A DNA stretch of 20,571 nt from a virus (lineage: Duplodnaviria > Heunggongvirae > Uroviricota > Caudoviricetes). The notes beneath the pieces are model-generated. The model saw only the letters and a program-made list of their open reading frames with translations, did no database searches and was not told the origin of the DNA. The position numbers and the translations under genes were made by a program. Shown here piece by piece: positions 7,713 to 15,293 of this stretch (positions within the stretch are counted from its first letter, which is position 1; every line of letters begins with the position of its first letter). The stretch covers positions 64,076 to 84,646 of the IMG/VR virus record IMGVR_UViG_3300010365_001539. One strand, given 5' to 3'.

Positions 7713-8009
7713 TTATGATCTGTGTATTTTTTTTATTTTTGGTATTTTTCTTTTGGTTGGAAAAGTAATATCTTTTTGAGGTATGATATAGGTTTTTTGT
7801 TCTGTTATATTAGATACAAATTGTGTTAGTGCAGGGTCATCCATTGTTGGGATTGGTGTACCAAAGGGAACTTCTATAGTTGATTTGAAGCGTATGTTAC
7901 ATTTCACTATGAAGTTGTTTTTATTTTTCTTTACCTTTGTTATATTGATAAGACTTGGTTGGTATTTTATCAGGTGATTTTGGATGATTGTTATTTTAGA
8001 TTGTTTCAT
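7713..8009 (-). CDS. Basic hypothetical protein
   Basis: 98-aa ORF abutting neighbours. A/C-biased codons. Confidence 0.6.
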   Translation of the reverse strand: MKQSKITIIQNHLIKYQPSLINITKVKKNKNNFIVKCNIRFKSTIEVPFGTPIPTMDDPALTQFVSNITEQKTYIIPQKDITFPTKRKIPKIKKIHRS

Positions 8010-8289
8010 TGTGTGTGTTATTTAATAATATGTTTAGTTTATAATCTCTTAGTTTGTTTATATTAATTTCAAGTGTTGTTTGGGTTCTTTTGGGTTGGTT
8101 AGAAGCTTTATTTGGTTCAAGACTAACTCTTAGTACATGAGATATATTTGTTGTTCTAATCAGCTCTATATTGGTTATATTATGTTCGGATAGTTTTGTT
8201 TTGGAGAAGAAGTGATTAATTATATCTTCTGTTAGTGGAACTCTCTGAAAGAGTATATTTAGTTTACGTATGTTGTGGTGTATTATCAT
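7996..8289 (-). CDS. Small hypothetical protein with C-terminal tag (LRDYKLNILL)
   Basis: 97-aa ORF overlapping both neighbours. Confidence 0.65.
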   Translation of the reverse strand: MIIHHNIRKLNILFQRVPLTEDIINHFFSKTKLSEHNITNIELIRTTNISHVLRVSLEPNKASNQPKRTQTTLEININKLRDYKLNILLNNTHNETI

Positions 8290-8545
8290 CTTGTAGTAGT
8301 AGTAGTGTTAGTTTATATTGTCTTATTATTTCTTTGGGTAGGTTTATGACTTGGAATGCTGATGTTAGTATGCTTTCATAGGTTGGGTATGATATTGAGT
8401 TATCTAGACCATAGCCACCATTACCCATCCATCCTGTTGGGGTTTGTATATCATAAGAGTATCTGTGTGTATTTAATTTCTTTTCAAATTTTCTATAGAT
8501 TGTTATGGTTGAATTGTCTATTACAATAGTTTTGAATGTTTTCAT
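8264..8545 (-). CDS. Small hypothetical protein with C-terminal tag (IRQYKLTLLL)
   Basis: Likely start MKTFKT at 8545. The extension to 8638 runs through G-tract and hairpin sequence. Confidence 0.65.
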   Translation of the reverse strand: MKTFKTIVIDNSTITIYRKFEKKLNTHRYSYDIQTPTGWMGNGGYGLDNSISYPTYESILTSAFQVINLPKEIIRQYKLTLLLLQDDNTPQHT

Positions 8546-8625
8546 AGGGTTTATATGTTTGGGTGGGGTAAAAGTTTTGGTTGATTTAGGATTGTGGTGG
8601 GACCAACTGGGTGGGTCAGGAACTT

Positions 8626-8672
8626 TTGCCTTCGGCAAGTAGTTTTCAGGGTCTCACGTGCTAACGCACGTG
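8626..8672. other. Two GC-rich hairpins at a divergent gene junction
   Basis: TTGCC-TTC-GGCAA (8626-8638) and CACGTGC-TAAC-GCACGTG (8655-8672). Confidence 0.7.
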
Positions 8673-8682
8673 TGTGGTGTTT

Positions 8683-8713
8683 TTTGATGTATATGAGAAT
8701 AATTTTATTTTTG
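8683..8713 (+). promoter_or_regulatory. Bacteroidota primary-sigma promoter upstream of the paralogue array
   Basis: TTTG 8683-8686, 19-nt spacer, TATTTTTG 8706-8713. The T-rich context makes a chance match possible. Confidence 0.6.
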
Positions 8714-8724
8714 TGAATAGATTT

Positions 8725-8733
8725 TTATATATA
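8725..8733 (+). promoter_or_regulatory. T(A/T)ATATATA motif, putative phage late promoter
   Basis: TTATATATA 4 nt before ATG 8738. The same motif sits 4-5 nt before five other starts. Confidence 0.6.
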
Positions 8734-8737
8734 GATA

Positions 8738-9214
8738 ATGAGAATTAAAATGTATGAGAACTTTACAGAGAATATCAATGATATTGTTAAGAGAAGGGTT
8801 TCTTTTATCAAGAAGTTTAGATCTGGTGTTGAGGATATATTTGTGGAGTTGTTGGATAATCATTTTTTGGTTGATGTTAATGTTACAAATAACAATAATA
8901 GTTACAATGGTTATTTCAAGTGTTGTGTTGTAATACAATTATCTAAGTTTTCTAAGAAGGATATTTTCAGGTTTGAAGATATTAGAGATTCATTAATTAT
9001 GTTTGAGGATTATGCCCAAGAGTGTGGTATTGTTCCTTTAATTGATGGTACTGGAAAAGGTTTTGAAATAGAGATGGCTTATCATGAGGAAAATAGAGAA
9101 TATGGATTTAGTCATGTTGTTAGTAGTTTTGATACTTTTGGTGGTGATATGGATTGGTTGGAATCAGCGGATATGAATCGTTTAAAAATTGAGGTTTATG
9201 TAAAACATGATTAA
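8738..9214 (+). CDS. Array paralogue 1 (leader + DIFVELxD domain)
   Basis: MRIKMYENFTE; VEDIFVELLD; SLIMFEDY. Confidence 0.85.
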   Translation: MRIKMYENFTENINDIVKRRVSFIKKFRSGVEDIFVELLDNHFLVDVNVTNNNNSYNGYFKCCVVIQLSKFSKKDIFRFEDIRDSLIMFEDYAQECGIVPLIDGTGKGFEIEMAYHEENREYGFSHVVSSFDTFGGDMDWLESADMNRLKIEVYVKHD

Positions 9215-9602
9215 TATAAAGTTATTTGAGGATTTTACTGATAAGTCAGATAAGGTGGAAAAGATAAGACAGGATTTAGAGGATATTTTTGTTGAGTTGA
9301 GGGATGTTAAGTATTCAGTAAAGGTTAATGCTTTACAGTATGATATTACACCTAATACACATTATGAGGTTATATTGGTTAGGAATTCAGGAATAGATTT
9401 TTCAGAGCTTGAAGAGTATGTAATGATGTTTAAGGATTACTTGAATGATTATGAGTATCACAATATGAAATGGCATTCATGGTCTTTAGGACATTCTAAG
9501 TATAGGATAGATAATGAGTTTGATGAGATAGAGAAGAATCGTGTTGAAGAGTTTTTCATAAGTAATGCAATAGGTATAAAAATTAGTTTCTTTGTGGTAT
9601 GA
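9207..9602 (+). CDS. Array paralogue 2
   Basis: MINIKLFEDF; LEDIFVELRD; EYVMMFKDY. Confidence 0.85.
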   Translation: MINIKLFEDFTDKSDKVEKIRQDLEDIFVELRDVKYSVKVNALQYDITPNTHYEVILVRNSGIDFSELEEYVMMFKDYLNDYEYHNMKWHSWSLGHSKYRIDNEFDEIEKNRVEEFFISNAIGIKISFFVV

Positions 9603-10396
9603 GGATAAAAGGATATAATGAGTTTATTACAGAGGAAAAATCAGTTGATAAGTTTGGTATAACACCAGAGTTGGAGTCAGATGTAAAGGATATCTTTGTA
9701 GAGTTAAGGGATGAGGGTATTGAGGTTGATACACAGCGTTGGGACTCACAATCAGATATGATTTGTGTTACACTTTCACCAATAGATGTGGAGGGAGATA
9801 GGCATTGTTTTAAAGTAGGATCTGTTAAAGAGTATGTGATGATGTTGATTGATTATATGAAGTTAAAGTATGATGTTAAGAAAGTGAGTTATGATGTTTG
9901 TTTAGGGGATTTTAGTACTAATTGGGGTGATACTGTAAATCGTTCATTTAGTGAGTTTCCAGATAAATATGCTGAATTAGATACAGATGAGTTTGGAATA
10001 AACTTTGAGGTGCCAGATTATGAGATTAATGAGGGTTTTGGTGGTTTTGTTGGACCAGAGTATGATAAGATAGAATCTGATGTTAATGATATGTTTATTG
10101 ATTTAAAAGATAATGGTGCAAAGATTGATATTTATTTTTATCATAAGGGAGCTGGATATGGTGCAGGTGCAGAGGATTATATGATAAAGGTAAAGATTTA
10201 TTCAGATAGAAAGTTTAGTATGACTGAGGTTGAAGAGCCAACAAGGATGATGGTTGATTATTTTCAGGATTTGACAGATAAGAAGGTTGATATGGAGTAT
10301 AATATGTCAAGTGATTATACTAATACAAGACAGAGGGAGTTTAACCCATACTCTTTTGATAATGGGGTAACAATATATTTAATAGAAAGAGGATGA
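9599..10396 (+). CDS. Array paralogue 3 (two tandem domains)
   Basis: MRIKGYNEFITE; VKDIFVELRDEG; linker EINEGF; VNDMFIDLKDNG. Confidence 0.85.
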   Translation: MRIKGYNEFITEEKSVDKFGITPELESDVKDIFVELRDEGIEVDTQRWDSQSDMICVTLSPIDVEGDRHCFKVGSVKEYVMMLIDYMKLKYDVKKVSYDVCLGDFSTNWGDTVNRSFSEFPDKYAELDTDEFGINFEVPDYEINEGFGGFVGPEYDKIESDVNDMFIDLKDNGAKIDIYFYHKGAGYGAGAEDYMIKVKIYSDRKFSMTEVEEPTRMMVDYFQDLTDKKVDMEYNMSSDYTNTRQREFNPYSFDNGVTIYLIERG

Positions 10397-11292
10397 GATA
10401 TTTAAAGAAATTTAATGAGGGTTTTGATGAGATATTAACAAATCTTACAGATGGGAATTTTGATTCTTGGATTAGGATTGAAGACAATGTGAAGGATATT
10501 TTTGTAGAGTATTCTGATTCACATGATTTGGATGTGGTTGTTGGTAGAGGTCATTTACCAATGACTATGGCTAAATTAGATGAGAAAGTAATTGAGGTAA
10601 AGTTATTTGAGCAGAGGGGAATTAGGTATGGGGATATAGCTGATGAAGTTGGTATGTTAATAGAGTATATGAAGTCATTGACTGATAAAGAGGTTGAGAT
10701 TTATTATGATTTAGATAGAAGTGGATTGAGACATTGGAGACCATTGGCTGGTAATAGTGAGTATGAGCATGATTATAATTTGGATAGTAATAAGGTTAGG
10801 TCATTTAATACAATAAGAATATACTTTGTGGAGAGTGTTGGTAAAGTTACTGAGAGTTTCATTACAAATACTAACTATAAGGATAAGATTGTTGAGGACA
10901 TAACAGATATGTTTATTGAGTTAAAGGATGCTGGTTTGAATTGTTTAGTTTCAATGCAGGATAATAGTACAGTAGATATTGCTATTTATAAGAAGAAAAA
11001 AGGTGTGGTATTTGATTTAGATTTGGTGAGGGATTGTGTAGAAATGGCTAAGCATTATTTATCTGATTTAGGTGATGTAACAGAGTTTTATAGATTTGGT
11101 TATGTAAGTGAGAGAGTTACTGCTAGAATGACAAATGCTGGTACTATTTATGATAAAAAACAAAGTAGAGATAATATAGAGTATTCAAGTTTCCCAGATA
11201 ATTGGAATGAAGATGTAGAGAATAAACATGCTTTAGAACACAGATTTGATTATGAGTTAGAGGGTATAAAAATAGTATTTAAACAAAAATGA
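10393..11292 (+). CDS. Array paralogue 4 (two tandem domains)
   Basis: MRYLKKFNEGF; VKDIFVEYSD; linker VTESF; ITDMFIELKDAG. Confidence 0.85.
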   Translation: MRYLKKFNEGFDEILTNLTDGNFDSWIRIEDNVKDIFVEYSDSHDLDVVVGRGHLPMTMAKLDEKVIEVKLFEQRGIRYGDIADEVGMLIEYMKSLTDKEVEIYYDLDRSGLRHWRPLAGNSEYEHDYNLDSNKVRSFNTIRIYFVESVGKVTESFITNTNYKDKIVEDITDMFIELKDAGLNCLVSMQDNSTVDIAIYKKKKGVVFDLDLVRDCVEMAKHYLSDLGDVTEFYRFGYVSERVTARMTNAGTIYDKKQSRDNIEYSSFPDNWNEDVENKHALEHRFDYELEGIKIVFKQK

Positions 11293-11669
11293 GAATAAAA
11301 TTATTTGAGCAATTTTATAAGGCTACTGTGTTAGATCAGGTTAATGATTGTTTAGTGGATTTAAGAGATAAAGGATTTGAGTGGAGTTGTTCATATGAAC
11401 AATTACATTATTCTGTTTTAGATATGTCATTAAAGAAGATTGATAGAAGTAGTTTTGTTATTGATGATATTAAGGATTCAATAGAAACTATGATAGAGTA
11501 TTTTGATGAGAAGTATGGTGTTAAGTCATATTCTATAACTAAACCAGATAGTCCAGGTCCTGGAATAGAGGTTAAATTGTATGATGAGGATGATGATTCA
11601 GTGATAGCAAGACATGGTAGGTTAAAGAAGTTGAATTGGTTAAATATAAAAATCAATTTAGGTAAATGA
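11289..11669 (+). CDS. Array paralogue 5
   Basis: MRIKLFEQF; VNDCLVDLRDKG; DSIETMIEY. Confidence 0.85.
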   Translation: MRIKLFEQFYKATVLDQVNDCLVDLRDKGFEWSCSYEQLHYSVLDMSLKKIDRSSFVIDDIKDSIETMIEYFDEKYGVKSYSITKPDSPGPGIEVKLYDEDDDSVIARHGRLKKLNWLNIKINLGK

Positions 11670-12019
11670 GAATAAAGTTATTTGAAAGTTTTAGTGATGA
11701 GAATAAGATTAAGTCAGATATTAAGGATATCTTTGTAGAGTTGATTGATTCAGGATTTGATTTGAATGTTATTACTTACTTTACAAAGCATCAATATTAT
11801 GTGAATATACAGAGAATTGATAAGCAATTATTTGATGTTGATATTATAAAAGAGTATGATTTAATGTTAAGAGATTACTTACAAGATGTTCTACCAATTT
11901 TTAAGATTGAGTATTTACTTTATTCAGATAATGGTGAATATGCAACAGAGTATGAAATAGGAAGTGGTTATGTACCAAGGTTAGTAATAAAAGTTATAGG
12001 ACAAGATGAGAATAGTTAA
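11666..12019 (+). CDS. Array paralogue 6
   Basis: MRIKLFESF; IKDIFVELIDSG; EYDLMLRDY. Confidence 0.85.
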   Translation: MRIKLFESFSDENKIKSDIKDIFVELIDSGFDLNVITYFTKHQYYVNIQRIDKQLFDVDIIKEYDLMLRDYLQDVLPIFKIEYLLYSDNGEYATEYEIGSGYVPRLVIKVIGQDENS

Positions 12020-12391
12020 TTATAGTAATTTTATAAATGAGGCAGTGAATCATGATGCTTTAATGGCAATTATGAAATTGATATAGAAAAAATAGGACTT
12101 CAAGTATTATCATTTGAGAGTTCAGAGTTTTTATTTAGATATGAAGAAGTTTCTGAATATTTAAAAACAATTAATGAGTATATCAATCATATTGAATATT
12201 CTAACCCTCATACAGGATGTTATGTTATTTTTCAAAAAAGAGATACTATGTCTAAAAAAGTTGAGTGTACTTGGGATAGATTTATTTTTCTTGAAGAGAA
12301 ATATGTAAACAGAGATGTTATTAATAAGAGAAATTCTGATGTGAATAAATTTACTTATATAAAACTAATATTTAGAAAAAGTAAAAGATGA
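12006..12391 (+). pseudogene. Array paralogue 7, frame-disrupted and lacking the signature helix
   Basis: MRIVNYSNFINEA frame stops at TAG 12084-12086. A second frame opens near 12056 (FNGNYEIDIEK...EYLKTINEY...IKLIFRKSKR) and ends at TGA 12389-12391, overlapping the next ATG. Confidence 0.7.
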
Positions 12392-12834
12392 AGTTTATAA
12401 AATTATTTGAGTTTTTTGATTATGAGAATCATATTTCTAAATCTATAAGAGATATACTTATTGAGTTAGAAGATGAGGGTATGCAAGTTAAGATTGAATA
12501 TCAACCTGAGAGTTTTAAGTATGATAGACCTAAATATGCTTTAGAGGAACCAAAGAAAACTATTATACAACCAGGTGTTAAAATTGAAATTACTGGTAAA
12601 CCGCTTCCAGAAGACCAAACTGCGAGTTATCCTGAGCTTTATAAAGAGTTTGAAGTTAGTTCAATAAGAGATTACATTGATACAGTTGTTGATTTTATTG
12701 AAGATATTTGGCCAAGTTATGATTTATACTTTGAGAAGTATGATACAGATGATTCACATATTCAAGATGGTGAAGTATTGAAGGATGGTGTGTGTGGTTC
12801 AATAATAATACAAATACATAAAAAAGAGATATAA
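12388..12834 (+). CDS. Array paralogue 8
   Basis: MKFIKLFEFF; IRDILIELEDEG; DYIDTVVDF. Confidence 0.85.
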   Translation: MKFIKLFEFFDYENHISKSIRDILIELEDEGMQVKIEYQPESFKYDRPKYALEEPKKTIIQPGVKIEITGKPLPEDQTASYPELYKEFEVSSIRDYIDTVVDFIEDIWPSYDLYFEKYDTDDSHIQDGEVLKDGVCGSIIIQIHKKEI

Positions 12835-12839
12835 AGAAG

Positions 12840-13678
12840 ATGAAGTATATAAAATTATTTGAAAATTTTAATGATAGCTTCCCTTTTTCTATCAGACAGG
12901 ATATTAAAGATATATATTTGTTGAGTTAATTGATGAGGGATTTAATGTTAGATTTAGACCAACTCTTATAAGGAATTTTTTAAGAGCAGTTAATGAAGTT
13001 GATTTTAGTATTATTTTAGAAAGAGAGAGAGATGACACATATGACTTTCAAATTAGTGAAGTTTATGAATACATTATGATGTTGATTGACTTTGTGGAAT
13101 CTGTTGGTATTAATAGTAAAGTTTGTTTTAAGGCATCAACAAGAAATAAGAGAGGTTCAAACTATATTAAGAAGATGACTTTAACACAATTAGAAAAGTT
13201 TGCAGAGGAAAGTAAACCAATTAATTTTATAGAAATAGTATTTGAGAATACTATTAATGAAAGTTATGATAGTGATGGTAAGTTTACCATTGATGACAAG
13301 TTCAAGAAAGATATTAAAGATATGTTTGTTGAATTAGAAGATGATGATTGGTTAGTTGATATAGATTATTTAGATAAGGGTAAAGGAATACAAGACATTA
13401 TGGTTATGATAAACAATGATGAGAATGATAAGTTATTCAATTCAAATATGGTTAAAGATTACTTCTTAATGTTATTAGATTATACTAAAGATTATTATGA
13501 TGTATTAACACATAAGTTTGCTGTTTATAAGAGGATACAAAATTATGATGCTGTGACTGGAGTAAGAAGAGGTTATGGACCATTTCAAACAGATACAAAA
13601 TACTATGATGAATTTCCAGATAATCTTGATGGTCTTGAATGTATGGGAATAGATATAATAATGAGAAGTGAAAGATGA
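12840..13678 (+). pseudogene. Array paralogue 9 (two domains), frameshifted by an extra TA
   Basis: MKYIKLFENF...DIKDI, then GATATATATTTGTTGAG (12909-12925). Removing one TA gives DIFVELIDEG, open into the 13076..13678 ORF (linker TINESY; IKDMFVELEDD). Confidence 0.8.
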
Positions 13679-14082
13679 AGTATATAAAATTATTTGAGAG
13701 TTTTGATATAAGAGAAGAAAATACAAAAAGTGATATTTATGGAATTTTTGTAGAACTTGTTGACTTGGGATATGAAATAGAAGTTGATATTGATAGAAGT
13801 GTAACTGGTGATCAAATATATGTTGAAATCTCTAAGGATTATTTTGGTGACAATTTAGAAAAAATAGGTGAATATACAGAAATGTTAGAGGATTATTTAA
13901 AAGAATATTTGAACAATTATGAAGTTATTTATAGAGCAGGATATAAGTTTAGTTATTCAAGTACTGATAATTTGGATTATAGATATATGGGTAATACTTA
14001 TAATGAGTTTATGAAGAGAATGTATGAAAATAATTTCTCAAAATCATTAAAATCAATAAGAATATTAGTATTGGAACAATGA
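13675..14082 (+). CDS. Array paralogue 10
   Basis: MKYIKLFESF; IYGIFVELVDLG; EYTEMLEDY. Confidence 0.85.
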   Translation: MKYIKLFESFDIREENTKSDIYGIFVELVDLGYEIEVDIDRSVTGDQIYVEISKDYFGDNLEKIGEYTEMLEDYLKEYLNNYEVIYRAGYKFSYSSTDNLDYRYMGNTYNEFMKRMYENNFSKSLKSIRILVLEQ

Positions 14083-14483
14083 AGTATATAAAAGTATTTG
14101 AGAAGTTTGACCAGTATGACTTTTGGAACTATGGTTCTATGAGTAAGATTAAGCAAGATATTGCTGATATGTTCATTGAATTAACTGATGAAGGTTATGA
14201 GGTTGATGTTAAAATGATTGGTACTTTACAAGTCTATATTGAGGGAAAGAATGATTGGTTCTTCTTTGATGAGATATATGATACTGTATTAATGTTGATT
14301 GATTATGTTGAGAGTGAGTTTGAAGATGTTAAGATTAGTTATGATTATGAAGAGTATAATGATCCTAAGAGAACAATAACTGGTAGTAGAGAATACAAAC
14401 AAAAAGTAATGCAGAAAGAAGACAAACATGTTCTTTTTAGTCATTTTACTATAGAGTTTGCAACAGGAAATAAAAAGTTATAA
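14079..14483 (+). CDS. Array paralogue 11
   Basis: MKYIKVFEKF; IADMFIELTDEG; DTVLMLIDY. Confidence 0.85.
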   Translation: MKYIKVFEKFDQYDFWNYGSMSKIKQDIADMFIELTDEGYEVDVKMIGTLQVYIEGKNDWFFFDEIYDTVLMLIDYVESEFEDVKISYDYEEYNDPKRTITGSREYKQKVMQKEDKHVLFSHFTIEFATGNKKL

Positions 14484-14484
14484 G

Positions 14485-14682
14485 ATGAGATATATAAAAC
14501 TATTTGAAGGATTTGATGAGAATGATTGGAACAATGTTAGTAATAACATTGATGATATGTTATCTGCTGAGTTAAGAGATGTTGGACTTTTATATTCTAT
14601 TAATTATAGAAAACAAGAAAAGAGTTTGATGTCAAAGAGCGTTTTCAAAAATCCAGCCTACAAAATATCCTATAATGATTGA
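14485..14682 (+). pseudogene. Array paralogue 12, truncated at about 14636
   Basis: MRYIKLFEGF; IDDMLSAELRDVG. Only about 50 codons before running into the antisense of the convergent gene. The second helix is missing. Confidence 0.7.
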
Positions 14683-14838
14683 GAAAAACAAAAATGCCAT
14701 AAAAATTTTATCTCCTTGATATTGAATTATTGCAGTTTTGTAACCTATCCAATACCCAAGTATGTTACCAAGTATCATCACATGTCCTATCCAATCGAAT
14801 AGTAAGTTTCTAATTTTTTCTAGTTTAAATTTGTTCAT
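14632..14838 (-). CDS. Two-helix membrane protein, probably truncated (holin-like size)
   Basis: Two hydrophobic segments. Its end IIIGYFVGWIFENA resembles FIIGGGINWFRE of 586..951, which continues about 40 aa further. Confidence 0.55.
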   Translation of the reverse strand: MNKFKLEKIRNLLFDWIGHVMILGNILGYWIGYKTAIIQYQGDKIFMAFLFFSIIIGYFVGWIFENAL

Positions 14839-14843
14839 GATTT

Positions 14844-15293
14844 CTAATGAATTGGATTAATAAATATTGTTTTTTCTTTATATAAATAACTTGGTAATTC
14901 CTTTTTAATTGTGCCTTTCAGAGCATGACGAATGATATTAAGAAACGTGAAACGAGTTAATAGGTAACGTTCAAAAATCAATATCCAATCATAGTTTAGG
15001 CATATCATTATATCTATAAATTCTCGGTCGATTTTGTAACCTACATAACCCATTGAATTACGCCAATCGTGAATGAAAGCTGCAACTTCAAAAATAGTTT
15101 CGTTGGTGCGCTCTTTTACAAATGTGGCACCGTCATAACTAAATTTTTCGCTTTCAAAATCGGCTTTCGCTAACATTAAAATCATTCTAATAGGATGTTT
15201 TAAATCTAAATGCCGAAGTTCTGAATCCATATAGCTATATCCTTCCGATAGTTCGGAATAGGTGAATTGGCTGTGTGTTTTGTTTTTTGTCAT
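14844..15293 (-). CDS. Hypothetical protein with AAFIHDW motif (DUF1353-like)
   Basis: YDGATFV...AAFIHDW recalls the AAxxHD motif of DUF1353 phage tail-region proteins. Confidence 0.55.
   Translation of the reverse strand: MTKNKTHSQFTYSELSEGYSYMDSELRHLDLKHPIRMILMLAKADFESEKFSYDGATFVKERTNETIFEVAAFIHDWRNSMGYVGYKIDREFIDIMICLNYDWILIFERYLLTRFTFLNIIRHALKGTIKKELPSYLYKEKTIFINPIH

Noticed and set aside
8546-8638. Pro-rich N-terminal extension MPKAKVPDPPSW of the 8264 gene
   Set aside because: It is the translation of G-tracts and a hairpin and relies on a non-ATG start. ATG 8545 fits better.
8705-8938. Minus-strand 77-aa ORF, and likewise 11408..11656 and 13505..13726
   Set aside because: Antisense to array paralogues. 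Their openness is explained by the skewed composition.
12084-12095. TAG read-through (recoded genetic code) to rescue paralogue 7
   Set aside because: The read-through frame gives no family motifs while another frame does. Long genes elsewhere are uninterrupted in code 11.
8738-14682. Array as a CRISPR locus or diversity-generating retroelement target
   Set aside because: Repeats are at protein level with 350-900 nt coding units. There are no identical DNA repeats with spacers, no template/variable repeat pair differing at adenines, and no reverse transcriptase in the window.
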